Assembly: GCF_022539665.2 (NCBI RefSeq)
Contig: NC_081331.1
Coordinates: 12,896,001-12,960,000, forward strand
Length of the DNA: 64,000 nucleotides
From: Daphnia carinata
Taxonomy: Eukaryota
Direction: 5' to 3'
The position numbers were made by a program, and so were the translations under genes. Under the pieces are notes generated by a model. It saw only the letters and a program-made list of their open reading frames with translations, was not told the origin of the DNA and did no database searches. Shown here piece by piece: positions 1 through 13,559 of the stretch (its first letter is position 1; every line of letters begins with the position of its first letter).

Positions 1-370
1 ACGGTGTCGATACTCTGTGCAGGTATTCTAGCTGCCTTGGGTGCCTTAGTTGGTTGGCATGCTAGACTTATATCGAGAGGAGAAACAAGCATCGAAAATC
101 TGACTAATAAAGATGACCGTGAGGCTAAACGACTAGAAGGAGACACTTTCGTCAACCCGTATGACTATGGATCTTATGAAAACTGGCGGATATTTCTAGG
201 GCTTTCAGAAGGGAGGTAATTGACCTTCACTACAGAACTATTTCCTGTTACTATGAATATTCTTCGCCAGGACATGGTGGTGTGTTTTCTTTCCATCTAT
301 CCATCCTCCGAGGGGTGACGGTATCTCGTGGTGCTTCAAAAACGATCTGACTCATGTATCTTATAAATGA
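1..370 (+). CDS. ZDHHC16: Palmitoyltransferase ZDHHC16-like, 3' end (exons <1-215, 271-370)
   Basis: Translation ...ALGALVGWHARLISRGETSIE...NPYDYGSYENWRIFLG..GR|TWWCVFFPSIHPPRGDGISW resembles the ZDHHC16 C-terminus (GETSIE, NPY, P..G.G.SW). GT-AG intron at 216-270; TGA at 368-370. Confidence 0.85.
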
Positions 371-668
371 TGTCTCCACCGAGCCTAAAATCCGCCCTAA
401 GTCAAGAACGGAAATTCATTAGAAGGCTCTTTTGCTGCGAAATCTAGGTGATCTTTTCTTAGTCACGATTATTTAACTTATGCATATGACATTCCATCAA
501 TCAACTCAAGAATGAATACAAAAGTGCGAAAACTGAAATGATTTAGCGCATTTTATTCATAGCGAGCAATATGCTTAGAGGCATGACATTTCTCACAATG
601 TATTAAAAACGAAACCGGTTATAAAACCTGCACAAAAAAAAAAGATAGAAAAGTTTTGGACTTCGTGT

Positions 669-3600
669 TTAGTTGGAACCAGAATCAGAATCTTCAGAAT
701 TTGACGGTTCCTTGACATCTATGGTGAACTTGTACTCTTGATCGCATCCCGTATAAGAGTCGCTCATGAAATAGATTGTGTAAGAATGCTGGCCAGGGGT
801 AGTTGGAGCCGTAAAGTCTAGCTTGACTTTTGCCTTCTGTTGCAATGTTTGACGTTTGATGGAAACCAGTGCATTGGCTTTCGGGTCTCCGATCACTACC
901 CACCAGCCCTCTTCGCGTTTTTGAGGGAAGAAGGGAGCGAGAACCGGGCCAACGACCTCATCTTCACGTTCCAGGTTAACTGCCACCACCACCGACTGAC
1001 CACATACGACTCGGTCACGATCTATCACGTCAAATCCTAATTCGATGTTGGGATAGCGGTTACAGAAGCGGGCAACATCCGCCATTTGTGCTTCACTCAA
1101 CCCCAACAAAGAGTTGCGTTCGTCGTCTTCCATTTCCATAACATCGAAAATGGTCTCCAGCCCCTTGTCGGTGCAGCGTTTGACAATCTCGGTTGTGAAG
1201 TGAGGCAACTGCTTCAGGTACGAATCCTTGGACCACATGGCTTGGGTCACCATTTGCGACAATTCCATGGCGGCCACAGCTGGGGAAAGCCATCCATTTG
1301 AGCTGAGGACATCCACAGAAGCCTGGATCAAACGGATCGCCTTGCCAAGAATGAGCTCAGTGTCTTGTTGCAATTCAGCGGGTAGTTGGACACGAGACAA
1401 ATGGGCCTGCAGCAAGAGGAACGTTTTGGTATGAGGATCACTAAATTTGGCGTTAGCCTGTGGCTTGTTTGGAAGCCTAGTAGCGAGCTGACGCAACACA
1501 GCTTCTTCGCCGTGTCGGACTGGAACGTTCTTGTATTCTGCAGCAGCTGAAATGATCTCCAACAAGCCACGAATCTTGGTCTTGGCGTTGAGCGACAAGC
1601 TGAACAACTCGATCGTTGTGTAGTGAATGCAGTAGTACGCGGCAATCATGCCCAAGTTGAGTGGACTGACGTCAATTTCTTCCTCGATGGTGATACACTT
1701 GGACTGCTCCAGATCATTAAGCGTGCTCTCTACCAACTCGGACAAGTGATCCGACAAGTGCCTGTGACTCACTCCTTGAAGATTGTAGTAATTGGGATTT
1801 TGAGTCATGCGCCGGTACAGGAAAGTCCATGTTAAATTGTCGACAGCATCTTGTTTGTTCTCAATAGTTTTGGTGACGATTTCGGCATTGAAATGATCGT
1901 GGAGGCAATGATCGAGATGGCTTTCGATCGGCAACGGCTCGTACAAGAACTAAATAAAAAATTGATATTTATTTTAAGAAATCCAAAACTTGTCATAGAC
2001 TGTAAGTACCTTTTTGTAAAAATCTTTCTTGGAAGATTGACACAGGAGTACACATTTGGCATCGTCGTCTTCGCGTGGCCGATTAGCTCTTCCGGCCATT
2101 TGAATCAAGTCGGTGATTGGATAATCATCGTACATGTGCTGTTGACCGTTGTAACTTTGCGTGTCCATGATGATCACAAGATGGGCGTGAACGGAGACGG
2201 CCCAACAAAGGGTACGCGAAACAACAATGATTTGAATGGCTCCCAGTTCAAACAACTGTTCCACGATCCTTCTATCTTGGACTGTTAAACCTTCATGTAG
2301 GTAACCAACACCTTGCTTGAGTGTCTCGTGAAGCGTTTTGTCACTTAGCCGCTGGATGAAAGGTTTGATGTCCTCTAGCTCGGCATGAAGATATCGTTCG
2401 GCATCATTTTCGGCTGCAGCGTACGTCAAGATGTCGAAGGCTGTAATACGAGACTGTTTTCGTGATGGAACGAAGACAAGCACAGGTTTTTTTGGAGAAT
2501 GTTTGCAAATGGCATTATGCAATGGCTTAGCCATGGCAATTAGACGCGACGCGTTGTGAGTGATGTTGAAACCCTGGATGTGAAGTTCCAGTGGGATCGG
2601 TCTCACATTCGGATGGAAATTGAAGCTGCCATTTGCTGGGCAACCCAACCACTGCGAGACGTCCTTGGCATTGGCCAGCGAGTGACTCAATGCCACCAAT
2701 CGGATGGGTTTCTGCAATTGGGCGCCGATGTAACGCATTCGCGAACAGACCACTTCCAGTGTAGGTCCGTCTCCTCCTCCCAATAGTTGAAGCTCGTCGA
2801 CGATGAACAGGTGGACATTCTGGACGTTCTTCCTCTGCTTCCAGCGCCGCGACAAGACGTCCCAATGCTCCGGAATGGAGATCAGAATATTGGCTTTGGC
2901 CAAAAGCTTCAAGTCGGTACCCGTTTCGCCTGTTAGCATTGCTACTTTCTTGCCCAACCGCGACGCAAACTTGTCTTGCCAATTGATGAACAGGTTGTCG
3001 GCAAGTTCTTGATTGGGTGTGACGTAGACACAGCGGGCTTCAACTTCCGCCACTCCTTCAGCCAGTGCTTCTTGTTCTTTCTGGCTGAAGAGGCGCAGGA
3101 TGGCGAACTCGGCACAAATTGTTTTTCCAGCTCCAGTTGGGGCGCCAATAAAGACGTTGTCGTCTGTGTTGTAGAGAGCGTTGAACACTTGCGTCTGGAT
3201 GGGGTTGAACTGCTGGAACGAATCGGCGTAGAGAGCTTCGTATGATCGGTTGCGTAGAGCTGTGACGGGCAACGGCTGCAAATCCAAGAGCTCCGTCGGT
3301 GGGGGATACTTATCCGGCAAAATCAAGTGACGGAATGATACGGGCAACTGAGTTTCCGAAGAGATCCAGTGGTCCGATACAACACGAATAAAGTAGTGAG
3401 GGGGCAGAGGTTCAAATACTGGAACAAAGAACTTGACCAGATGTTCATCTTGGGCGTAAATAGCCTTCAAAAGGAAGTATTCGTGGTGAAGAATAACTTC
3501 AGAATCCACATCTTCGACAAAGATCCAGAAAGCCTCAGCTTTGCCGTGAATCTTGTCGTCCCACTGGAAATCGGGCGTGATCGTCAGCTCCACTTTGAGT

Positions 3601-6600
3601 GTCGAGCGCGTGATAGGCTGAATGTGGGTGGACAATTCCAGTTTAGGGAACTGATGGACGTACTTGTGGATTGTCTTGCCCAACTTGGGTGCACGGATAA
3701 GTTCTCCCATTTCAGTAGGGCCCAGATCGTAGAGCCGTTCCCATGGCAAACTCTTCTTTTCGAGCTTGCGGATAATTTCTTCCGGCATCTTTTTAAACTG
3801 TCGAAGAGGCGACATGGATTGCCACATGCGACGGTTGATCATTTTGCTCAGAGACAGGGCTTTGTCGGCAAGCTGAGCCCAACCTCGGCTGAGGACCATT
3901 TCAAAGATGGCGCGAATAAGACGGCCAGCAGATTGGGTGACGTAGACCATATCAGCCATCAAAGCAAAGCCCTCCAACTTGAGCTGTGAAATGTAAGCTT
4001 GAAGGAGAACGTTGACTTTGGCGCTGGGTTCCTCGATGCTTTCCTTGATGGGAATCGGCACGCGCTCCATCAACTTCTGTAACTCCAACTTTTCTTCGTC
4101 ACGCACAGTAATGTTCCGGAACTCGGAAGATAGCGAAAAGACACGGAAGAGTTCGATCTCACTCAGCGTTGGTTTGAGCAACTGGTTGTAGGTGGCCATA
4201 CTTGCGTTGGTGCAATAGTAATGACTGGCAATCCTACCCAATTCCGTACCTATATTCAAAATGCAATAACACATTATTTGTGGGACGAGGCTAATATAGA
4301 CGTTATAAATTTCAATATACCTTGTAATTGGCCAGATTTGCGATCGTACTTCAAGAGTTGGCTCTTCTCAAGCGAAACAGCAGCTGTATGGATTAAGTCA
4401 GCTCTGTGTTGCTCCAACGTAGGATCTTCTTTCAACTTGTCCACTGAAATGCCGTAAAGCTGGGGTGAGCGAAGCATTCGGATGTACAGGTAGGTATAAC
4501 TCAGCCAATGAACGGCGTCTTTGACGTTTTGTACTGTTCCCGAAACGATTTCAGCATTCAGCATGTCGGGCAATTTGCTAACCATCTGGGATTCGACGGG
4601 CAACTGTTGGTTTTGCAGCGACAGGTAATACTGCAACTCGCTGTGGTTGGTGATGAGAATGCCTTCACCTTTGGTGTCATACTGAGGTCGTCCAGCACGA
4701 CCCAACATTTGCAGGACATCCAATGAACCCAGTTCGCACCATCTACCCTTTTCAGGGTTGTAGACTTGTGTGCCTTTGATGATGACGGTATGGGCGGGCA
4801 AGTTAACACCCTAATTAAATTAATAATGTAAAATTAGTGGAACTCTTTACAATAACAAACAGAATGTTGTATAATACCCAAGCTAGCGTAGCTGTTGAAA
4901 CAAGCAATTGAATGTGACGATCAGCAAACAAATCTTCAACCAAAGCACGATCGACACGGCTCATTCCGGCATGATGGATGGCGAAACCGTAGGGTAGCAA
5001 ATCTTTCAGCTCTTGGTTCTTGACTTGCTCGGCTTCATTGCGCAAGACTTCTGTTGAAGCGGATCCCTCACGCAAGAATGCACCTAGTGAATCTTTCTCT
5101 AGGCAAAGATCACGAATTGAACGGGCTGTTTTTCCCGTTTCTTTTCTTGAGTGAACGAAGACGAGAATCTGATTCTTTCCGGCATGTTCCATCACCTTTT
5201 CGTAGACGATTTCGTTCATAATTTGGTACCTCTTGACGGCCTTCTTCTCGGTGATGCCCACATATTGTTGCTCCAGAGGCACAGGACGATAGCTGTTATC
5301 GAAAAAGAAAAGGCCCGTCTTGGGTCGGACACGCAGGAAAGTGGCCACATCTTCGTAGTTTGGTAGAGTAGCTGAAAGACCAACCAGGCGTAGATCCTCT
5401 TGAGTGGACTCGACAGTCCGAATGGTACGAGCTACCAACGCCTCCAGAACCGGTCCACGATCGTCGTGCAACAGGTGAATTTCGTCGAAGATCATAAGCT
5501 TGACCAGTTGAGTGTAAGTTCGGTCGCCTGATTTTCGGGTGATGATATCCCACTTTTCTGGAGTGCAGACAATCACTTGAGTCTGGGCAATTTCTTCACG
5601 GCTGAGCTGATGGTCGCCCGTCAATTCGCCAACTTTCAGATTGAAAGGAGCCAATCTTTTGCCAAAGCTGCCCACCATCTCTTGTACGAGAGATCGCATG
5701 GGTGCGATGTAGATGATCTTGAACTCGTCGACGCGGATGGTTCCGTCCGGATTGATGTGCTTGCCAAGTTCTCGCATCATCGTAAGTAAAGCTACGTTGG
5801 TCTTACCGGCACCAGTTGGAGCGCAAATCAACATGTTCTCATCAGACTCTAAGGCTGTTTTGTAGATTTTCGACTGGATTCTGTTGAGTGTCTTGAATCC
5901 TTCAAACGCCGGCTGGGCGTAGGTTGGAAGTTTGTCAATAGGGATAAGCATTTCGTCGGCATCGAATGGTCTGGGTTTCAATGGCGGTACGTGAACTTCC
6001 TCATATCCTTTGCGCTGCTTTCTGAATGAACCTGTAAAAATCCATCTGCTTAAATTTTGCGCTCTACAATGCAGTAACATATAAGGATACTACCTTCTGG
6101 CAAAGTGCATTTTTTATTGGCCATAAAATGCGAACCCTGTGCAAACGCAAGATCCTCCAAATCTAGAAGTTCGCGTAGACCTGGAATGCCACTATAACCT
6201 TCCTGTCCTCCGTTGCTGCTGCCCCCGGTTTCTTTCGCAGCGTAATTACCTTGGCGCGATGAACTCTTTTTGGAATCCACTTCCATTGGTTCGAGTCCAG
6301 TGTCGTCTCTCACTGTATCTAGTTGACGCAGGATTTTGTTCAGATGGGGATTGCTCTTCATTTCATCTTGAATGCTTCTTCTTTCTGCTTCACTCTGTGC
6401 CGATGCTAGCAACGAGCAGTACAGGATCATATGTCTGTTTTGTTTCAGCAGCTTGATGAAATCAAAGCAGTCAAAGCCAAGTAGAACGACTAGCTGGTTT
6501 TCACATTCTCTCTCATCTTGGATATTCTTGAGAATGTTAAGCACTTCGCCGGCTCTTGCTTGTGACACCATGGGATCGCTGTAAAATTTGGACAGCTTCC

Positions 6601-7390
6601 TCTGAAGCCAGTAGGCATCAATGTCAAGCGGGTGAAGTTTCTTCTCCTTTTTACCACCCAAGTCCACAGCGACGGCATCTGCGTGAATAGCGTGGTCTGT
6701 TTCAGCTTCTTCGGCTTCGTCTTCACCATCTTCTTCATCGCCAATTTCTCCGTCAACATTGTCGTCTTCATTTTCTTCATCTGTATCTTCAAATTGCACA
6801 TTAATACCATACTGGTCATCCATCTGCTCCTCTCCTGTTGCCATTTTCTCGTCTTGGCCCCAATCTGTGATCTTCTTGCCGAGGTTGACAAGGAGGGCAA
6901 ACCTTTCTTCTGGAAGGGTGCCAAGCATAGCCTCTGTTTCCTTCTTCTTTTCTTTATCCTTGAGCTTGTCATTCTTGAGGACTGTGAGGACTTCGTCAGC
7001 TGCACCACACAACACATCCCTGGGTTGGTCGCTCAAAGCTTCCTGGATGAAACTGAGTAGTACTTCGTAAGTCTGTTTGGTGTCTTGCGTTTTGGGTCTG
7101 TAGATGATGCCAGAAAGATCCTCCAGGTTGTCGCTCTGTAATGGCCCCTTACCACTGGATTTGCCACCAATGTCAGTTTTGCCGGGATCACGCTTCTGAC
7201 GTTTGGCCGGTTTCATGCGCATGGCTTTGTCACCCATGCGCGTCCCTTCCAACTTCCCGGTAAGGGACATAACCTCACCGGTGGCTTCATCTCGAGCTCG
7301 ACGGTCGATTAAGCGAACGTCAGCTTGTAAAACCAAATTTGAATTGGCTTTATACTCGTACTGGAGCGAACGTGCTGCGGCGTCCGCCAT
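669..7390 (-). CDS. SNRNP200: U5 snRNP 200 kDa helicase Brr2 (exons 7390-6094, 6031-4878, 4810-4321, 4249-2010, 1949-669)
   Basis: Starts [24 protein letters not shown]. Two Ski2-like helicase cassettes ([27 protein letters not shown]), each followed by a Sec63 unit; ends [14 protein letters not shown]. Four GT-AG introns keep the frame. Confidence 0.97.
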
Positions 7391-8471
7391 TTCTAATGGT
7401 TGCTTGTCGTCTTGTGAAGCACTAACTTTCGAACAGCATACGAACAAGCAAATGGCAGCATTGCCAGATGTAAATAAAGAAGAACAACAAAATCCAATCG
7501 AGGGGAAATTTGTATATTGAAAAATTTAAATCTCGCCATAAAACTCTGGGTCGACACGCTTGAATACAAAAAAAAATTATAGTCAAGTCAGGAGAAAAAA
7601 GCAAATTAAGAACTAAAACACCATTTGTAAGGAGAAAAAACCAAATGTTTCAGAAACCATCAGTCTTGAGAAAGAAATGAGAAAAACGGAATCAAAACCC
7701 CGCTATGCGAACTACAAAAGAGATGAAAAAAATATATATATAAGGGCTAAAATTAAATCTCTAAACGTTAAAATTTCACGCAGCGTTATCGCAAAAATAA
7801 CTCTAAATCGACAAAAAAAAACATGGTAGAAAAAAGCCATCTAACGCTGTACAAAGCTTTCTTGAAAGTAACGTAGATATGAGGTGGGACAAAAAAGATG
7901 AAAACAAAATTTTCAAGGATGTTGTACGGAGAGGTAATAACAACACCAGTCAGAAACGTCACTGAGCTACGGCAGCCTGGTCAGTGGCAAGAGACAACAA
8001 AACTCGTCACGATAACATCCGAAAGTATACACACGACACGTTCCAGCATAGACAACTCTTCTCAACAAATATGCTCAAGAAGCTACGAAAAATTGCAATG
8101 TTTCTTCTTCAAACAAAAATAATTTTGTCCCCCCTCCCCAAACGAAAGGAAAGGGGAAAAAAAATAAAAATTTATCAGTGATATCAGCCGTCACGCAGCC
8201 AAGTATTTAGAATCTTTTGAGATCCGTCATCCGCAACACTTGGCTTCTACTCCGCATAACATCCAGCACCAAACAATAATAACTTCCCCCTATGACAATG
8301 CATAATAAGAATCAAGTTTTACACACAAAAATATGGGGAGGGGATCATTTTTAAATAAAAAAAATTTCCCATCCATGAAAAACGGATTAAATTTCTATGG
8401 TGGGCTATGAAACTCGACCGCTTTTTCGAGGTAAAATATCTTTATACCTACATGGGTGAAGGGGTTTTCCT

Positions 8472-11400
8472 TTACTCGCCAAAGCGAGTGCAAGCCTTTT
8501 TCCATTTGCATTGAGTGCACCACTGGTCGCGGTGTTCCATTCCGTAAACCTTGCGGCATTTCTTGGCCTCGCCGCGAGGCCGGCGAACGGGACTGCTCTT
8601 GACTGTAAAAATCGAAGGTCCGGTAGATGGCGCTGGCGTAGGAGACGTTTTATTGGTGGGCGACACAACTACTTTGGCCTGCTTGAGCAGATTCTAAAAT
8701 AAAAAAAAAAAAAAAACATAAAATAACAATCAAATAAATGTAGATTATATAGTCAGCAACTCACCGAACCGTAGCCGTAACCGGAAGACCATGAAATGCT
8801 GCGAACTCGTGCTGGAATGGCGATCGGCCTCGCCTTCATCAGGGCACGTTGATATTCTGGATCTAATGACCAAAAAACAACCCAGTTATTTGAATCAAAA
8901 TAAGAACCAAATAGGCGATGACCTTTGAACTAACCTTCGTGCGGAGGTCTTGCCATGTCCATGTGAGACATTGTGGGTGGTGAACTAGCCATCCATCCGG
9001 GATGTTGTTCCTGAAAGCTCTGCGATTGAGCGACCGAGGATTCGATGATCTCGGCCTTAGGAGGTAGAGTGGTCGGTAGCTGATCTGCAATCTCCTCATC
9101 AACTTCCTCTTCTACTTCCGTATAATAAAATTCCTCTTCATGATCGCTTATTTCTTCGTCGATTTGGCGCGGCCCGAGATGAACTAAGCGCACGTGCGAT
9201 TCGATAGCCTCGCAATTGTCGGTCGTGGTCGAGCAGCCGGGCCAGGTACATTGGTAAATTGTCCTAACCTGTTGCAACCAAGCAAGAGACCATTTAGCCT
9301 TGATTCACGTGAAGGGAAGTGAAAAGAGATAAACCTGTGAAGGCGAAGGCCCTTCATCACATTCGCTGATTGATTCATCACTAACGATTCCATCATCTTG
9401 GGCCTGTTTGGCAACGACAGTAGCCCTCGGGCCCGAATGAAACTTGTAAAGGCTTCCAGAAAAATTGGCTGGAGCGCTTCCGCTCATAAGAGGTGGCGAT
9501 GGTGTTGCCGAGCGAAATTTCAGCTTACGCCCCTGGCCGACAGGAAGGACCCGGCCGGCTGTTCCTGTTGATGAAGCATGTGGTGGCGAATCACTGCTAC
9601 TGGATACGCTTCCACGCCACGAAAAAGCTCCACTACTGCTGCTAGTACTGCTACTGTGATTGCTCTGCCAGGCAGCGACATCTGCAGGCCAGCGTAATTA
9701 TTTTCAAAGCTCCACAAAATTTAACTGAACATGAACTCACCTTCCCAACGGGGGGAATGGGGGCTGCATGAAAGACGCATCAACACCATAGCGGCGGCAC
9801 ACTCATCCATAACATCGCTGTCTTCATCTTCATCCATGATAACGTCGGCTGTTCCGTTGGTGTTGCTGGGACTGGAGCGACGTTTACGCGACCTGAGCAA
9901 TACCAACAATGGAATAGAAATAAATTGCTTATTAAATGACGTCAACTTCCAGGTGCGGACTCTGACGTCAATCGAACGATACCCGAATCCTTTTATATTT
10001 TGATTATCGGTCAACAGACGAGACAGGTCTTGTACATCGACCCCGGATGAGAACGAAAGGGGAGGGAATGGGAGGCCACATCTGTTTTTAAAGGGAGGAT
10101 TTTTTGTTCTTGTTGATGCGCAAATCTAGACTTGATCAAACCAGAACGTGTTTGCTTCCACGTTTGCGCAAAATCCCAACGTAATCTTATCAGTAAAAGT
10201 TCAATGTACCCAATAGAAAAGTGTCAAATCACCAGGAGTTTCGACTTCCTGTCAAAGGATTCATTTGTTTTTTTCAGATTAAATTACGTAACCTACTGGA
10301 AGAGGCTGAAAATTTATGAGAGCGAAAAACTTTCATTGTGCCATTTAAATTGTTTTTTATGCCGATAAAAGTTGGAAGGAAATTCATTCCCCCCTTTTGC
10401 GTTTTTCCTCAAAGAAAGGAACAGAAATGATACTGTCAATTGCAACTGCCGGTGGTATCCATTTTCGCCCTGATAGATTTTCACAAATAAATTGGGAGCA
10501 CCTCATCCGGACTAGAAATCGAATCCAACTTCCGATGGATAACGTCGTTGACAAGAGAAAGTGAATCACCGAAGAAAAATAGGAAATGGGTCATCAAGAA
10601 AAATACGTCGACTGCATCAATAACAGCAAAAGAGAGAGAGAGCCCTTTTTCTTTTTTGCTAAGCCATTTCAATAACTCCACCCAGAAAATTTTGTTCTAT
10701 TTTTTTTTTTCCTCGGTTGGGTAACAGTTTTTTCTTTTCCTTTTCTCCCTTTCTAGTTGCAGCTTTCCAGAGGAAGATAATCGGCCCGTGACCCACTGAC
10801 ACGCGCCTCTCTTTCACCGCGTGCAGAAATCGTGCCGTGACGTCACCTACGGCATTCACCCACTTTCACTCGGCCTCACGGCGAAGGTTTCGACTCTTAC
10901 CTACATTCTTCTTAATTGTCCTTTTAAAAAATGTCCCACATCCCCTGGCTATTATGAACTCTGCTGGCAGGACTATTAGAAAGCAAACCGGGATTTTAAA
11001 AAATTATTTACCCGAAGAAAGCGCCTGGGACGTCGATTCCGGACGTTGAAGCAGACGAACAACGTTTACGAGGCGGATGACCAACGCTGATCTGATGGTT
11101 TGGCCAAGCATCTTGCAGTTGTCCATTGGCGGATGTGGTGAGACCAACGACTCCATCAGCCAATCGAGCAAAATCCACGTCGTGTTGGTCCATGAGACGC
11201 AATGATTTTCGTGATTCCATCAGACGGACTTCTTCCATTCGTTTGACGATATCAACTGAATTCTGCGATAGACACAAGTGAAAATTATTTGTTATTATTT
11301 ACGTAATCATTCTCTTAGATACGTAAAATATTAAAGGTGTGCTCTTTGACCGTCGGGAATGACGAACAAATAGAGAAAGACTTGGGCGGATTAGCAACGG

Positions 11401-13559
11401 GAAAAAAAAATGATATGGCGGCCTTGTTCTCTATCTCGACCGGCTATTGAGGTTACCAGGTTCTTTTCTTCGTCCGCCAAACCAAAACAACTAAACCATA
11501 CTGCTGTACCAAAACGCATTAGTTTTTTTCCCTAACGGGCGTATTTGGTACAACAGACGTGTTGTTGATATTCCTTTTGAACAGTTTCAGCGACATAACG
11601 GGAATCTTCCAAATCAATGAACGCCCCCCTTTTGTGGCGTCGCAATCGAAACAGCTGATGACAAAAACAACGATACACCTGAGGCCCATATTATACAACA
11701 TCGTCACGCCGCAGTGGCGTCTTTCGACGGAGAAAAACCGCACGACGCCATTACTAACTACGCTTTACGAAAATATATTTCCACCTCGACCTTTATAAAT
11801 ACATAGAAAAAAAAAAAGGCACAACAACAAAGAGGAATAAAAGAAAAATGGGAAAACCGGTTTCGTCAAGAACACAGAAAGAGAGTTGAGTTGTTTACAT
11901 TCGCACAAACATGCCGGTACGCAGTTGTTTTTATCCGCAAAACCCAACAATAAACTACGACGTGCCAACAAAGATGGCTGCCCTAGAGCAATGACGTTCG
12001 CTGACGTCACACATGGCGCGCGCGCACATCGCACGCCGTAACCCATCGCCATGAGAGCCAATCGAAAGAGCCTTCCTTTGTTTACAAAACATTGATGGGC
12101 AACCCGGCTTGAAATGTATTATCACATCTGTACGGTTGGTAAAGCACACATCAATATTCAAGGTCGGGACAAAAATCTAATTTCCATTTAGAAAATTACC
12201 TGCCACTCTTACTGTCAAAATTAACAGGAGCAGCACCGGTCATTCAACTCTTTTGCCTATTGCAACCCTCACCCTGGGCTGTGTTACTAAGAGGATGTTT
12301 CATTTTCCTAACAAAAGCCAAGGTTTCACCCTTGAGCAGGAGCAGCAGCAGCCGCAAGGCAAAAAAAAAAGAATCGGAAAATCTCTTTCGAGACCAAGCA
12401 CTTGGCACTCGGCAGAAAAAGGCCTTGGCTCAACAGCAGCGGCCATTGACTTCACTGTTGATTGCGTCAGAACTTCCTCAAAACAACAACAAACCGAACC
12501 TCTGATGCCGTTCGTGTATGTCCCAAGACCGGGTTATAATCCTATTCCGTCATTTCCTCTTGCCAGAAAAAAGCCTAAGCATCAACCGTATCCGCCCGTC
12601 CCTACATCAATAATGGGAGGGGTTTCGCAAATCGTCATCTTCCCCAATAATTTCTTCTTTTGAAAATGAAAGAGAAGCTCACGTTACACGCAAAAAACAA
12701 CAAACAAATGGCCTATTTTGGTTTGCCGTGAAACCCCAGAAAAAAAGAAAGGTTTTTGCGTGACGTCACAGTTACATCACGTGCAACGTACATTGCATTT
12801 GCTGATGTCATTATCACGCAGGAAAAGTATTTCTTCCCAAGTCCAAAAAAAATTTGCACTTCAAATCTAAGGTTTCACAAACATCAGTAGTGGGTTGGTC
12901 CAAGGTTGTTTTGGCGTGCAGATGAAAACACAAAAAAAAAGAAGAGATATCTCTCCTTCGTCTTCTGGGAAAAACATGGCCGCTTCAAGGCCGTCCGAAA
13001 ATATCGAAAACCAAGCTTGTTGACATCACTTGATTGGAAAACAAAGCGGAAACGCCCCCTTTCGGACCACACACACAAACACATTATAAAATGTGAAACA
13101 TTCTATTTACCGAATTGGAGACTTGGAGAGTGATGTGAACCTCGTCGACGTCTGGTCGGTGTTTGGTGACGTGACCGGCAACTTCGCGGCCGGTAAACGT
13201 GACGTAGACCTTCTGGCCCGGCTGTAGCGTCAAACCGGCCGTCGACTGAAAACCGGGACCAATCAGATCCACTTCAGAGTATTCACGCAGTTGCTGACGG
13301 CCTGGACCAGCCGTCTCCATGATGGAACGGACGGCGTATTTCGTGTGCGAGAACAACTGCCCCCTGGACGGATCCATTTCTGCAGTCTTAACCGCTTGTA
13401 TTATGCCTTTAAAAACCGAAATTTTGTTGAAATAAAGGTTGCTATTTTGGTTACACAAGCATAATGAAATATACCTGGATAATAGAGACCGTCTTCTCGA
13501 AGTACCACAACTTTTGTACCAACAATTGACCGCTTTGCCAAACGCTTTCCTGTCGACAT
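8472..13559 (-). CDS. ZNF395/ZNF704/SLC2A4RG (GLUT4EF)-family zinc-finger/C-clamp transcription factor, about 8 coding exons
   Basis: N-terminus [19 protein letters not shown]1-like [18 protein letters not shown]2H2 finger YQCTWPGC...[11 protein letters not shown] followed by [22 protein letters not shown]-terminal C-clamp [35 protein letters not shown]. Confidence 0.9.
9937..12768. promoter_or_regulatory. Cluster of five perfect CRE palindromes (TGACGTCA) in introns of the C-clamp gene
   Basis: TGACGTCA at 9937, 9963, 10838, 12002 and 12761, plus TTACATCA (C/EBP-ATF-like) at 12772. Confidence 0.55.

Noticed and set aside
694..7520. Many alternative-frame and antisense ORFs over Brr2 (for example 3369-3989 +, 206 aa)
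   Set aside because: Shadow ORFs of a long codon-biased CDS, with no recognisable motifs.
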